The notes under the pieces: generated by a model | Told to the model about the DNA's origin: nothing | The model's database searches: none | Seen by the model: the letters and a program-made list of their open reading frames with translations, nothing else | Position numbers and translations under genes: made by a program | Part shown: one piece after another, positions 36,051 through 49,029 of the stretch | How positions within the stretch are numbered: the stretch's first letter is position 1 | Layout: the number at the start of each line of letters is the position of its first letter | Assembly (NCBI RefSeq): GCF_004010195.1 | Contig: NC_057748.1 | Coordinates: forward strand, 18,338,154 to 18,396,974 | DNA length: 58,821 nucleotides | From: Chiloscyllium plagiosum | Lineage: Eukaryota | Direction of reading: 5' to 3'

Positions 36051-37159
36051 CATTGTAGTAAATCTCCTCTATAAACTCTTCAAGACTCCACGCTCTTCCT
36101 AAAGTGTAAAATTAAATACAATACTCCAGCTGAGGTCGAACCAGGGATTTGTACTTGATGCTGCAATTCTTAAAGCCAATTACATCTGAAGTCTTTGCTT
36201 TCTAGGATGGAAATTCAGGTCTCTTTCGCTGTTCCATTTCAACATGTTATTTAGCCATGTTTAGGTCTGCACATAGTCTTCCACCACAACTAAGAGAAGA
36301 CAGCAGCAAGGTAATCAATGACTGATAACTCTGCATTCCTAAAAAATGGCTCACAGTCCTTTTACATGATGGAGGGATAAAAGGTGCATGACAAGGGAAA
36401 AGAGAGTGAACCTGTCATGTTCACTAGGTGGATACCCCTCTGTTCCTGCAGTCCACTAAAACTGTACCATTTAATTTGTATTTTGCTTTTCCTCATTTTT
36501 CCTTTCCATTATATTTTATCAGCCCATCTGTCACTTTCCTCCTCAGCATGTATTACACTAATAGGGTGTCATCCACAAACTCTGCAAAAATGACCTCCTC
36601 TGTACTCAAATTAAGATCATTAAAGCAAAAAAAAAACAGGAAGCTGAAACCCTAGAAACAATCTTGTACATGTTCCTCTGATTTGGAAAACAATATCCCA
36701 TTGCTCTCTGTTTTCTATCTTGCTGTATGCATGGTATCACTGCCCCTTTAATTTCATGAGTTTCTGTTATGTGAACAAATTTGTTGTGTGGTGTCCTATT
36801 CAATGCCTACACATTGACATGGACTGCACAACGTTTATCAATCCTCTCCAATATATTGTGAAAAGTCTCAGTCAAGTTTAGTCAGTGACTACTAGCCTTT
36901 AACAAGTATGTGACATCGTTCATTTACTGATCCACATTCGTCCAAATGAAAGAGAGTTTTGCCTCAGCTTATCGTCTTTATAAATGCCCTCAGCTCTGAT
37001 GCTGGTGGCTGATTTGCCAAGATATTATCTTTCTCCGTTTGTTTTAACAAAAGATAAATGCGTTTGAAAAACTGGAAAAATAAGTGAGTGAACAAGTTAA
37101 TGCTGACAGAAATGATGTCCATTATGATGAAAATATTCTTGAGGCTGGCTAGTTCAACA

Positions 37160-40100
37160 TCATAGAGTCATAGAAATATACAACATGGAAACAGACCCTT
37201 TGGTCCAACTCTTCCATGCCGACCAGATATCCGAAACTAATTTAGTCCCATTTGCCAGCACTTGGCCCATATCCCACTAAACCTTTTCTATTCATATACC
37301 CATCCAGATGCCTTTTAAATATTGTAATTATACCAGCCTCCACCACTTCCTCCAGCAACTCATTCCATACATCCACAACCCTTTGCATGAAAACGTTGCC
37401 CCTAGGGTCCCTTTTAAATGTTCCCCCACTTACCCTAAACCTATGCCATCCAGTTCTGAACTCACCCACCTATTTACTCTCTCCATGATTTTATAAACCT
37501 CTATAAGGTCAGCCTCCAACGTTCCAGGGAAAACAGCCCCAACCTATTCAGCCTCTCACTATAGTTCAAACCATCCAACCCTGGCAACATCCTTGCAAAT
37601 CTTTTCTGAACCCTTTCAACTTTCACAACATCCTTCTGATAGCAGGGAGACCAGAATTGCACGCAATATTCCAAAAGTGACCTAACCATGTCCTGTAGAG
37701 CCGCAAGATGACCTCCCAACTCCTACACTCAATGGTCTGGCCAATAAAGGAAAGCATATTAAATGTCTTCTTCACTATCCTATCTACCTGCAACTCTACT
37801 TTCAAGGAGCTATGAACCTGCACTCGAAGATCTCTTTGTTCAGCAACACTCCCCAGACCTTACCATTAAGTGTATAAGTCCTGATTTGACTTGCCTTTCA
37901 AGATGCAGCATCTAACATTTATCTAAATTAAATTCCATCTGCCACTCCTCAGCCATTTGGCCCATCTGATCAAAATCCCGTTGTACTTCCTCGCTGTCCA
38001 CTACATCTCTAATTTTGGTGTCATCTACAAACTTACTAACTATACCTCCTATGTACACATCCAAATCATTTATATAAATGATCAAAAGAAGTGGATCCAG
38101 CACTGATCCTTGTGCACTCCATTGGTCACAGGCCTCCAGTCTGAAAAACAACCCTCTACCCACCACCCTGTCTTCTATCTTCGAACCAGTTTGATATCCA
38201 AATGGCTAGTTCTCCCTATATTTCATGTGATCTAACCTTGCTAACCAGTCACCCATGAGGAACCTTGTTGAATGCCTTACTGAAGTCCATATAGATCACA
38301 TCCACTGCTCTGCCTTCATCAATCCTCTCTGTTACTTCTTCAGAAAACTCAGTCAAGTTAGAGAGACATGATTTCCCATGCACAAAGTCATGTTGACTAT
38401 CCCTCATCAGTCCTTGCCTTTACAAATAAATGTAAATCCGGTCCCTCAGGATTCCCTCCAACAACTTGCCCAACACTGATGTCAGGCTCACTGGTCTATA
38501 GCTCCCTGGCTTTTCCTTACCATCTTTCTTAAATAGTGGCACTATGTTAGCCAACCTCCAGTCTTCTGGCACCTCACCTGTGACTATCGATGATACAGAT
38601 ATCTCAGCAAGGGGCCCAGCATCACTTCCCTCGGTTCCCACAGAGTTCTAGAGTACACCTGATCAGATCCTGGGGATTTATCCACCTTTATGAGTTGTAA
38701 GACGTCCCGCATCTCCTCCTGTGTAATATGAACATTTTTCACGATGTCACCATCTATTTCCCCACATTCTATATCCTCCATGTCCTTCTCTACAGCAAAC
38801 ACTGATGCAAAATACTTGTTTAGTATCTCCCCCATCTCCTGCAGTTCCACACATAGGCTGCCTTGTTGATCTTTGAGGGGCCCTATCCTCTCCCTAGTTA
38901 CCCTTTTATCGTTAATGTATTTGTAAAATCCCTTTGGATTCTCCTTAACCCTATTTGCCAAAGCTTTCTCATGTCCCCTTTTTGCCCTTCTGATTTTCCT
39001 CTTAATTATACTCCTACTGTCTTTATACTCTAAGGATTCACTTGATCTCTGCTGTCTATACCTGACATGTAGTTCTTTTTCTTGACCAAAACCTCAACTG
39101 CTCTAGTCATCCACCTAGTCCTACACCTACCAGCCTTGCCTTTCACCCTAACAGGAATATACTGTCTCTGGAATCACGTTATCACATTTTTGAAGACTTC
39201 CCATTTTCCAGCTGTCCCTTTACCTGCGAACATCTGCCCCCAATCAACTTTTGAAAGTTTTTGCCTAATACCATCAAAATTGGCCTTCCTCCAACTTAGA
39301 AGTTTTAATTTTAGATCCAGTCTATCCTTTTCCATCACTATTTTAAAATAATACAATTATGGTCGCTGGTCCCAAAGTGCTCCCCCACTGACACCTGCCC
39401 TGCCTTATTTCCCAAGAGTAGGTCAAGGTTTGCACCTTCTCGAGAAGGTACATCCACATACTGAATCAGAAAATTGTCTTGTAAACACTCAACAAATCCG
39501 TCTCCATCTAAACCTTTAACACTGCTCCCTATGTTTGGAAAGTTAAAATCCTCTATCAAAACCACCCTATTATTCTTATAAATAATTGAAATCTCCTTAC
39601 AAATTTGTTTCTCAATTTCCCGCTGTCTATTAGAGGGTCTATAATGCAATCCCAATAAGGTGACCATCCCTTTCTTATTTCTCAGTTCCACCCAAATAAC
39701 TTCCTGGATGTATTACCAGGAATATCCTCCCTAAGTACAGTCGCAATGTTATCCCTTATCATAAATTCCACTCATCATCCTCTCCTGCACCCCCTTCTAT
39801 CCTTCCTGTAGCATTTGTATCCTGGAACATTAAGCTGCCAGTCCTGCCTATCCTTGAGCCATGTTTCTGTAATTACTATGATATCCCAGTCCCATGTTCC
39901 TAACCACGCCCTGAGTTCATCTGCCTTCCCTGTTAGGCCCCTTGCATCGAAATAAATGCAATTGATCAGTCCTACCTCATTCTCTGCTTTGTTTCTACCT
40001 GCCCTGACTGTTTGACTTGCTCCTTTTCCCAACTGAACCAGTCTCAGACTGTTTTCTTTCCTCAGTATTTCCCCGAGTCACCCTCACCCCCCACATTACT

Positions 40101-40770
40101 AGTTTAAATCCTCCTGAGCAAATGTTCCTGCCAGTATATTAGTCCCCTTCCAATTCAGGTGCAATCCATCCTTCTTATACAGGTCACTTCTACCCCAGAA
40201 AAGATTCTAATGATCCAAAAATCCTCTGCACCAGCTCCTCAGCCACGCACTCATCTACTCTATCCTCCTATTCCTCCCATCACTAGCTTGAGGAACTCCT
40301 TTTTAAATTCCTGTCAAACTTTCTAAAATCTCATTCTTTTCCCTTGTTATGTTATTAGTTCCAATGTGCACAATGACATCCTGCTGGTCCCTCTCCCCTT
40401 TGAGAACATTCTGCACCCTCTCTGAGATATGCTTGATCTTGGCACCAGGGAGACAATACACCATTCTGATGTCTTGCTGCCAGCTGCAGAAACATCTGTC
40501 TGTACCACTGACTAGAGAGTCCCCCATCACCATCGATTGCTTGGAACCTGACATATCCCTCGTTACCTTAGAGCCAGTCTTGGTATCAGAAACTTGCCTG
40601 TTTGTGCTACATTCTCCTGAGAGTCCATCACCCCCTACATTTTCCAAAGCAGATGGGGACAGCCACAGGAAACTCCTGTATTACCTGCCTCCCTCTCCTT
40701 TCCTGGGGGTAACCCATCTTCCTGACTGTATCTCCCTTCCTGTAGCTGTCATCCATCACACTCTCACTGG
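37160..40770 (-). mobile_element. Long CR1/HER1 LINE including ORF1 esterase, ORF2 and 3' tail; disabled
   Basis: ORF1: VMGDSLVSGTDRCFC…CLPGAKIKHISERV…VIVHIGTNN (GDSL/SGNH esterase). ORF2: ARGLTGKADEL…ITETWL, GEHFGTSDH, YRPVSLTSV, QGSVLDPLL, SKFVDDTK. Tail ctatgactctatg at ~37160. Confidence 0.93.
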
Positions 40771-40899
40771 AGATTGGCAAAGGAAGGACTTGCTGGGGCT
40801 CAGGGAGGGAACATTTGCTGACGGGATGGCTCTGACTGATTTTTTGCATTACCTCTCGGGTTTCTTGCAACTGACTGTGAGACCTTCATGATGATGAGA

Positions 40900-41650
40900 T
40901 ATATGAAGTGCAACAGGCTTTGCATCACTTCTAACCATTTCCTCCTCACTGGCCATAACCAGCCCTCAGAGCACTTACACCTCTATGCCAGGAAACTCCA
41001 GCTAAGCCAAGAAGAATAGGTGAAGGGGAACAGTAGGCGAGACTGGGATTGAGAATAAGCAGCTTTCAATAAAACTGTCACCCTTAGAGACATCTGGACT
41101 CTGAACGCTTGGCTAAAGGCAAGAGAAGACAGTGTCGATTCACTAAGTGACAGCGTGGAGAACAGCGTCTAACACATTGCCATCTGATGCCAGGCATAAA
41201 AGCCGACAGAAGCATTCCTGTCGTGTTCGTGAATAGAATCTACAACATCAATAAGAGTTTTGTTTTTTTCTGGTACAGAACAATGTTGGCCAAAGTACAC
41301 AGTGAGTTAGCTGAGAAGCTGATTCGGATTGTGGGTGACTTTATGCATTGCGTGAGTTCTGCTCTGCCAGTCAGGTGAAGAAGGCCATTGTGGCTAAGGT
41401 TATCAATGAGATTAAAATGGTCAGAAAGCACTTCTTAATAATCACCATTCTTTGCGGCCAGTTCCAGGTGATGCACAGCCTGCAAAGGAAGATCAGCTAC
41501 AGTCGAGACAGGGAAGAGAACCAAAATTGTTTGAAGTCTACCATGCCTATGAGGAAGCAGAGGTATCTGTGGCTAATATAGTGCCTGATCAGGGCCCTGT
41601 GGAACAGTATCCACGCATAATCAGGCTACCACAGATGGAGACATGGACAT
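40900..41650 (-). mobile_element. Possible highly degenerate DIRS-type retrotransposon RT remnant
   Basis: Minus-strand pieces LFHRALIRHYISHRYLCFLIG…QF and KSPTIRISF resemble the DIRS RT motifs YFHxPI…HRxYLRF…QF and KS…PTQxIxF, in the right order. Weak, by eye only. Confidence 0.35.
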
Positions 41651-41814
41651 CCGATTTCTGAGTACTGTATTAATTCAATCTTTGAGGAGCACCCACTAGC
41701 AACTGCACAAAACAGCAGGATAAAGCATTTGCTTTGTTCCACCTTGATGGAAAATTGCACTGTGCACTGGCCCCTCACAATGATGCCCAGGATGAGGAGC
41801 ACGCCTACCTGACA

Positions 41815-44800
41815 TGGTGAGGGAGCAATGAGGATACAGGCAAGTATACTGAGGGAATAGTTATGAAAACAGACATGCACACAGAAGGATCAGTGAGGAT
41901 ACACAAAGGAACACTGAGGGAGCAGTGACGATACATGCACACTGAGGGAGCAGTGAGGACACAGGCACACTGAGGGAGCAGTGAGGGTACAGGCACAATG
42001 AGGGAGCAGTGAGGACAAAGGCACAATGAGGGATCAGTGAGGATACATGCACACTGAGGGAGCAGTGAGGACACAGGCACACTGAGGGAGCAGTGAGGAT
42101 GCTGGCACACAGAGGGAGCAGTGAGAACACGGGCATACTGAGGGATCAGTGAGGACACAGGAACACTGAGGGAGCTGTGAGGATACAGGCAGACTGAGGG
42201 ATCAGTGAGGATTCAGGCACACTGAGGGATTGGTGAGGATACAGGTACACCAAGGGAGCAGTGAGGACACAGGCACACTGAGGGAGCAGGGAGGACACAG
42301 GCACACTGTGGGAGCAGTGAGGACACAGGCAAGCACACTGTGGGAGCAGTGAGGACACAGGCACACTGAGGGAGCAGTGAGGACACAGGCATGCTGAGGG
42401 ATCGGTGAAAGGGTGCAGTGAGGATACAGGCAGGCACACCGAGCGAGCAGTGAGGACACAGGCAGGCACACTGAGGGATCAGTGAGGATACAGGCACACC
42501 GAGGGAGCAGTGAAGACACAAGCATACTGAGGGAGCAGTGAGGTTACAGGCACACTGAGGGAGCAATGGGGATACAGGCACACCGAGGGATCAGTGGGGA
42601 TACAGGCACACTGAGGGAGCAGTGAGGATACAGGAACACTGAGGGAGCAGTGAGGATACAGGCACACTGAGGGAACAATGGGGTTACAGGCAGACTGAGG
42701 GATCAGTGAGGACACAGGCACACCGAGGGACCAGTGAGGGTACAGGCACACTGAGAGAGCAGTGAGGACACAGGCACACCGAGGGACCAGTGAGGGTACA
42801 GACACACTGAGGGAGCAGTGAGGACACAGGCACACTGAGGGAGCAGTGAGGATGCAGGCACACTGAGGGAGCAGTGAGATACAGGCAGGCACACTGAGCG
42901 AGCAGTGAGGATACAGGCAGGCACACAGAGTGAGCAGTGAGGATACAGGGAGGCACACTGAGGAAGAAGTGAGGATACAGGCAGGCACACTGAGGGAGCA
43001 GTGAGGATACAGGCAGGCACACAGAGTGAGCAGTGAGGATACAGGGAGGCACACTGAGGGAGAAGTGAGGATACAGGCAGGCACACTGAGGGAGCAGTGA
43101 GGATACAGGCAGGCACACTGAGGGAGCAGTGATATACAGGCAGGCACACCGAGTGAGCAGTGAGGATACAGGCAGGCACACCGTGGGAGCAGCGATGATA
43201 CAGGCAGGCACACTGAGGGAGCAGCGATGATACAGGCAGGCACACTGAGGGAGCAGTGAGGATACAGGCAGGCACACCGTGGGAGCAGTGAGGATACAGG
43301 CAGGCACACCGTGGGAGCAGTGAGCATACAGGCAGGCACACCGTGGGAGCAGTGAGGATACAGACAGGCACACTGTGGGAGCAGTGAGATACAGGCAGCC
43401 ACGCTAAGGGAGCAGTGAGGATACAGGCACACCGAGGGATCAGTGAGGATATAGACACACTGAGGGAGCAGTGAGGATACCGGCACACCGAGGGATCAGT
43501 GAGGATACAGGCACACCGTGGGAGCAATGAGGATACAGGCAGGCACACCATGGGAGCAGTGAGATATAGGTAGCCACACTGAGGGAGCAGTGAGGATACC
43601 AGCACACCAAGGGATCAGTGAGGATATAGGCACAACGAGGGAGCAGTGAGGACACAGGCACACCGAGGGATCAGTAAGGATACAGGCACACTGAGGGAGC
43701 AGCAGAGAGGATAGAGGCACACTGAGGGAGCAGTGAGGTTACAGGCACACCGAGGGATCAGTGATGATACAGGCACACCGAGGGAGCAGTGTGGATATAG
43801 GCACACTGAGGGAGCAGTGAGGACACATGCACATTGAGGGTGCAGTGAGGACACAGGCACACTGAGGGAGCAGTGAGGACACAAGCAGGCACACTGTGGG
43901 AGCAGTGAGATACAGGCAGCCACACTGAAGGAGCAGTGAGGATACAGGCAGGCACACTGTGGGAGTAGCGAGGATACAGGCAGGCACACTGTGGGAACAG
44001 TGAGGATACATGCAGGCACACCATGGGAGCAGCGAGGATACAGGCAGGCACACTGTGGAAGCAGTGAGATACAGGCAGGCACACTGTGGAAGCAGTGAGG
44101 ATACAGGCAGGCACACAGAGCGAGCAGTGAGATACCGGCAGGCAGACTGTGGGAGCTGAGAGATACAGTCAGGCACACTGTGGGAGCACTGAGGCACAGG
44201 CAGCCACACTGTGGGATCAGTGAGATACAGGCAGGCACACTGAGGGAGCAGTGAGGATACAGGCACACTGAGGGAGCAGTGAGGACACAGACACACCGAG
44301 GGAGCAGTGAGGACACAGGCACACTGATGGAGCAGTGAGGACACAGGCACACTGAGGGAGCAGTGAGGACACAGGTAGGCACACTGAGGGAGCAGTGAGA
44401 TACAGGCAGCCACACTGAGGGAGTAGTGAGGATACAGGCAGGCACACTGTGGGAGCAGTGAGATACAGGCAGGCACACTGAGAGAGCAGTGAGGATACAG
44501 GCAGGCACACTGTGGGAGCAGTGAGTTACAGGCAGGCACACTATGGGTGCAGTGAGATACAGGCAGACACACTGTGGGAGCAGTGAGATAAAGGCAGGCA
44601 CACTGAGGGAGCAGTGAGGATACAGGCAGGCAACTGTGGGAGCTGTGAGATACAGGCAGGCACACTGAGAGAGCAGTGAGGATACAGGCAGGCACACTGT
44701 GGGAGCAGTGAGATACAGGCAGGCACACTGAGAGAGCAGTGAGGATACAGGCAGGCACACTATGGGTGCAGTGAGATACAGGCAGGCACACTGTGGGAGC

Positions 44801-45300
44801 AGTGAGATACAGGCAGGCACAATGTGGGAGCAGTGAGGATACAGGCAGGCACACCGTGGGAGCATTGAGATACAGGCAGGCACACTGTGAGAGCAGTGAG
44901 ATACAGGCAGGCAGGCTATGGGAGCTGTGAGATATAGGCAGGTATACTGTGGGAGCACTGAGATACAGGCAGCCACACCACGGGAGCAGTGAGATACAGG
45001 CAGGCACACTGTGGGAGCAGTGAGATACAGGCAGGCACAATGTGGGAGCAGTGAGGATACAGGCAGGCACACTGAGGGAGCAGTAAGATACAGGCAGACA
45101 CACTGTGGGAACAGTGAGATACAGGCAGACTCGCTGTGGGGGCAGTGAGGATACAGGTACACCAAGGGATTGGAGAGGATACTGGCAGGCACAGGCAGCT
45201 TTGAGAATAAAGTGGAGGTGCACCAAAGGAGCATTGCGGATACAGGTGCACTGGGAACATGGTGAGGATGGAGGCACACTGATGGAGCAGTGAGAATAGG
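41815..45300. repeat. ~3.5-kb GC-rich minisatellite with 28/31/32-bp unit variants, in XPNPEP3 intron 3
   Basis: Core unit gagggagcagtgagga(c/t)acaggcacact (28 bp), a +GGCA variant (32 bp) and a variant lacking one G (31 bp). Degenerate units at both edges. Confidence 0.97.
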
Positions 45301-47553
45301 CAATCACTAATGGATACAAGTGCAGCATAGGATCCATGCCAATCAAAACGTATAAGTGGAGAATTGAGCTCACCATGCAGGGACTGCGTGCATGGACTGA
45401 ACTGCAGTGCTGGACCAGCGCAGCTTTTAATCTTAACCCAATAGGTTTTTTATTGTGCACTTGCTCATTTGTTTCCTTGGATGTTATTCCTGCAGCACAC
45501 TTTGCAGAAGACTGAAATGAACATTGTTAGACTGTGCTTCAAGCTTCATTGACATTCACTCTCCTCTGCTTTCCACTACTCCATCTAATGAACCACCTAT
45601 CCCACAGGTAATCTGTCAGGACTTGGTTGTTTAATTACCAAATTGTGAGCATTGCCAACAAATGGAGGCATGTATTTAAATCAATTGTACTATCCAGTCC
45701 CTTTGTGAAAAATGGTCGTGACATCTACATTCTATCACACAACTACTGTATTCATTGTAATGACAGAACACGTGTATGCTGCTCGGCCCCTCACTGATGA
45801 ATAAAAGCCTTTTCTCAGTTTGGCTATTTGACAGATGGTTAAGGATCAAGTACATTGCTGTTACGTCTGGAGTCCCTATTACAGCACTGAGATCTATTGA
45901 GCTCAAAATTACTGTGGTAAGAGATATTTTTGAAGTTTTGAACCAATTTAATTACTAAACAATACTTGACACTGAAGTTGTTTACAGGGTAATCGATCAC
46001 AATGGGATTGGAGATTTACCAATTGTCTTTTAACAGGATTATGACCCCTTGTGAGGCAGTAGGATGGTTCATTTCACAGTGTGAGACTGAGTTGGGACTT
46101 TCAGCCCGTACAGCAAAAGGTGCAATGTATGTGTGAAAGTTCAACTTCTAAACATTCTCTCTGCTTCTCCAAGGTAATGCGTTGGATGCTGCTTCTGTCT
46201 GACATATTAGCATTGTCTGCTATTAAACAATATTTTGCAAAAACTAAATGCCCGCATCTCATTTGTTTCTTTTATTTCGGTTCTTCCTGTTTAACAGCAC
46301 ATGGAAGTTCTTAAGTATTGTCTGAACCCCATGCCCCATGATTGGTACAATAAAATTAGTCACTTCAGTAAAGCCTCTAAAACATTTACCTATCTTACAT
46401 CGTGGATGATGGGGTGCTTTGATTGTTCCAAACATAAAATATTTAGGCTGCGTGTTCGACTGAGTTAATGGATGACCAGAACCACCAAACCTATCTTTTA
46501 CATTTCTCTCTCTCTCTCACACAAGGCAATGACCATTCGTTGGAGTGGGGGTTCAGCAGTTACTGGTTACCCATGAGATCTTGATTTTTGAGACATAACA
46601 ATAAGAGAGGGAGAAAATAATTCCCTGTGGTGACAACATACTTCAGCTCACATTCAATTAAAAGAAATTACCTATTTATTTTGCCTAACACTTGCATTTG
46701 TAACATGCATCAGACAACTTCATTGATCAGAGAAGTCTCCAGCTATTGTGTGACATTGTATAGAAAAGCAGTTATTTAACACATTCTGAATATATTACGA
46801 CCAGTCCCCGCTGGTGTCTCTGTACCCGCCATTCCCTTGCCCCCCCCCGCTTTGTAACCCAGCCCTCCCCAGCAAATGCACTGCCCTGCCAGCAGCGGAA
46901 TGCCATGCCTGGCTGATATTGCACCTATGGAACTTAAACGAGGAGGTAGCTTGGTGCAAAATCAGCCCAGACCCCAGGTATGGCTTCCTAGCTCTGGGAA
47001 GGGAGAAGGTACTGTAAAAGGTCAGGGAGGGGTAAAGTCTAATGTCTGAAAGTTAATAATGAAGACTCGACAGGGCAATTGACTTCAGTTCAATTCTGAT
47101 CTTTCCTGACCTGCAGACTCTTCTGGGGAAGCTCCTCTTGGTCAGCCCCATCTTCCCGTGTCCTGTTCTCACATCTAACTGGAACAGTTGGCAGTACAAT
47201 CTAAGTTGGCTCAGCTCTTCTGCTTCCAACATTCATAACTACATAGAGGGGCCTCTGCTTCGGTGCAGCCTTCGGCTTGTGACACCTTGTTACCTACCAA
47301 TCCCCCTGCCAGTGGAATCAGTTGCTCCCTGCTTACCATGGCAAAACTAGTTGTAGTTGTGAACATCTTCGGTCAGTCTTTCATTAATCTCCTCTACTCT
47401 CAAAGACAACCTCTCCAGTCATCTCACATAACTGAGCTTTGCACATTTGCGTATCTGAATTCCAAATCCATTTTCAGTCAGCCAAACTTGTCAACTGGCC
47501 TCATTAGTCACTGCGGCCGTCACTGCAAGGCTAGCAGTTGTTACTCATCCTAA

Positions 47554-47680
47554 CAACGGTGTTTTGTTTTCTCTCTCCTTCACAGAAAGAGCGGGAGCAG
47601 CAGAGGAAGTGACGGCAAGCAGAGGGGCAGCCGGGACTGTACTGCGCTGTATTCTTCTATGTTCTATGTTCTATGTTCTA
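47554..47680 (+). mobile_element. Short insert ending in a CR1-type (CTATGTT)n tail, inside a family-X SINE (~47500-47945)
   Basis: The host motif catcctaa|ttgccc is split. The insert ends ctgtactgcgctgtattcttctatgttctatgttctatgttcta. Related tails at ~48030-48090 (-) and ~55160-55220 (+). Confidence 0.6.
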
Positions 47681-48342
47681 ATTGCCCTGGAGATTGGCTT
47701 TCCAGAATATTTCAGCAGGCAGCTAAGAGTTAACCACATTGTTGCAGATCTGCAGACAGATTCAATTCCCTAAAGGACATTAGTAACCAGAGTGTTCTTA
47801 AAACAATAGTTACATGGTTGCCATTCACCACATGTTTCATTTCAGATTTTATTAAATTGAAATTTCACCATCTACCATGGCAGTACCCATGTCCCCAGAC
47901 CACCCTGGATTAACCATCCAAAGATATTACTGCTTTGCCTCTATGTGTAACAAATATCAGGTTCCACTGCTACTCTGAAAATTCAAGCTTTTCCACCACC
48001 AAAAGCTTTACGTAGGCCTTTATGTATATAACAGAACATTATAGCGCAGTACAAGCCCTTTGGCCCTCGATGTTGCGCTGACCTATGAAACCAATCCGAA
48101 GCCTATCAGTTAGCAAATTTCTTGTCCAAACCGCTAAATCACCCACAATTCCATGCCTCTGTATTTTCTACAATAGTCTACCGTGCAGCTTTAACAAAGA
48201 CCTTGAACTTAGGAGCATCCCAGTCAATGTAGCTCTTGCCACTGAGATTACCATTTGATTGTTACAAATGTGGATGAAGTCACTGCAGGAGGTACTACAT
48301 TTCTGGTCCTGGGTTCCATATCACAAGAAACCCACTGTTTAA

Positions 48343-48820
48343 GGCAGCATAGTGGCTCACTGGTTAATACTGCTGCCTCACAACACCAGGAACCAGGGTT
48401 TGCTTGTACCCTTGGGCGACAGTCTATGTGGAGTCTGCAATTCCCCCCGTGTCTGCATTGGTTTCCTCCGGTTGCTCTGGTTTCCTCCCATAGTCCCCTG
48501 GGTTCCTAAAGAAGGGCTTATGCCCGAAATGTCGATTCTCCTGTTCCTTGGATGCTGCCTGACCTGCTGTGCTTTTCCAGCAACACATTTTCAGCTCTGA
48601 TCTCCAGCATCTACAGTCCTCACTTTTTCCTCCCATAGTCCAAAGATGTGCAGGCTAGGTGAATTGGACATGCCAAATTGCCCAGTGTCCAGGGATATGC
48701 AGGCTAGGTGACTGGTCATGGGAAATGCAGGGGTGTGGGTCTGGGTGGGATGCTCTTCAGAGGGTTGGTGCAGACTTGAGGGGCCGAATGGCATGCTTCC
48801 CCATAGTTGGGATTCTATGC
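48343..48820 (+). mobile_element. HE1-type SINE carrying a nested solo Penelope-terminus (~48497-48630)
   Basis: tRNA-like head ggcagcatagtggctcactggttaatactgctgcctca and HE1 core. The insertion is flanked by TTTCCTCCCATAGTCC (48481-48496 / 48626-48641). Confidence 0.88.
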
Positions 48821-49029
48821 AAAGCACATCAAATTTACATTAAAGGGTGGAAAAGTCAGTTAGACCGGATTCATTAGGAAAGCTCAAGAACATAGGCATT
48901 GAACACATTTTCAGGACCTTGTTTTCAGCAGATCACCCACAACTCCACCCAAACCAATCTCATTTATGAGCGATTATTGAGTAGCAGCTATTCATATTTT
49001 TACATTTGTCACATAAAGTTGCTTAACAC

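Noticed and set aside
41815-45300. CRISPR-like array or tandem iron-responsive elements (CAGTG motifs)
   Set aside because: No unique spacers, no cas genes and a eukaryotic context. The CAGUGN motifs are not in the loop of an IRE-type stem.
42146-45460. Long Cys/Pro/Leu/Ser-rich ORFs (up to 573 aa) on the - strand
   Set aside because: They are open in several frames at once because the minisatellite strand lacks stop codons. Unit lengths of 28/31/32 are not multiples of three, so there is no sign of coding constraint.
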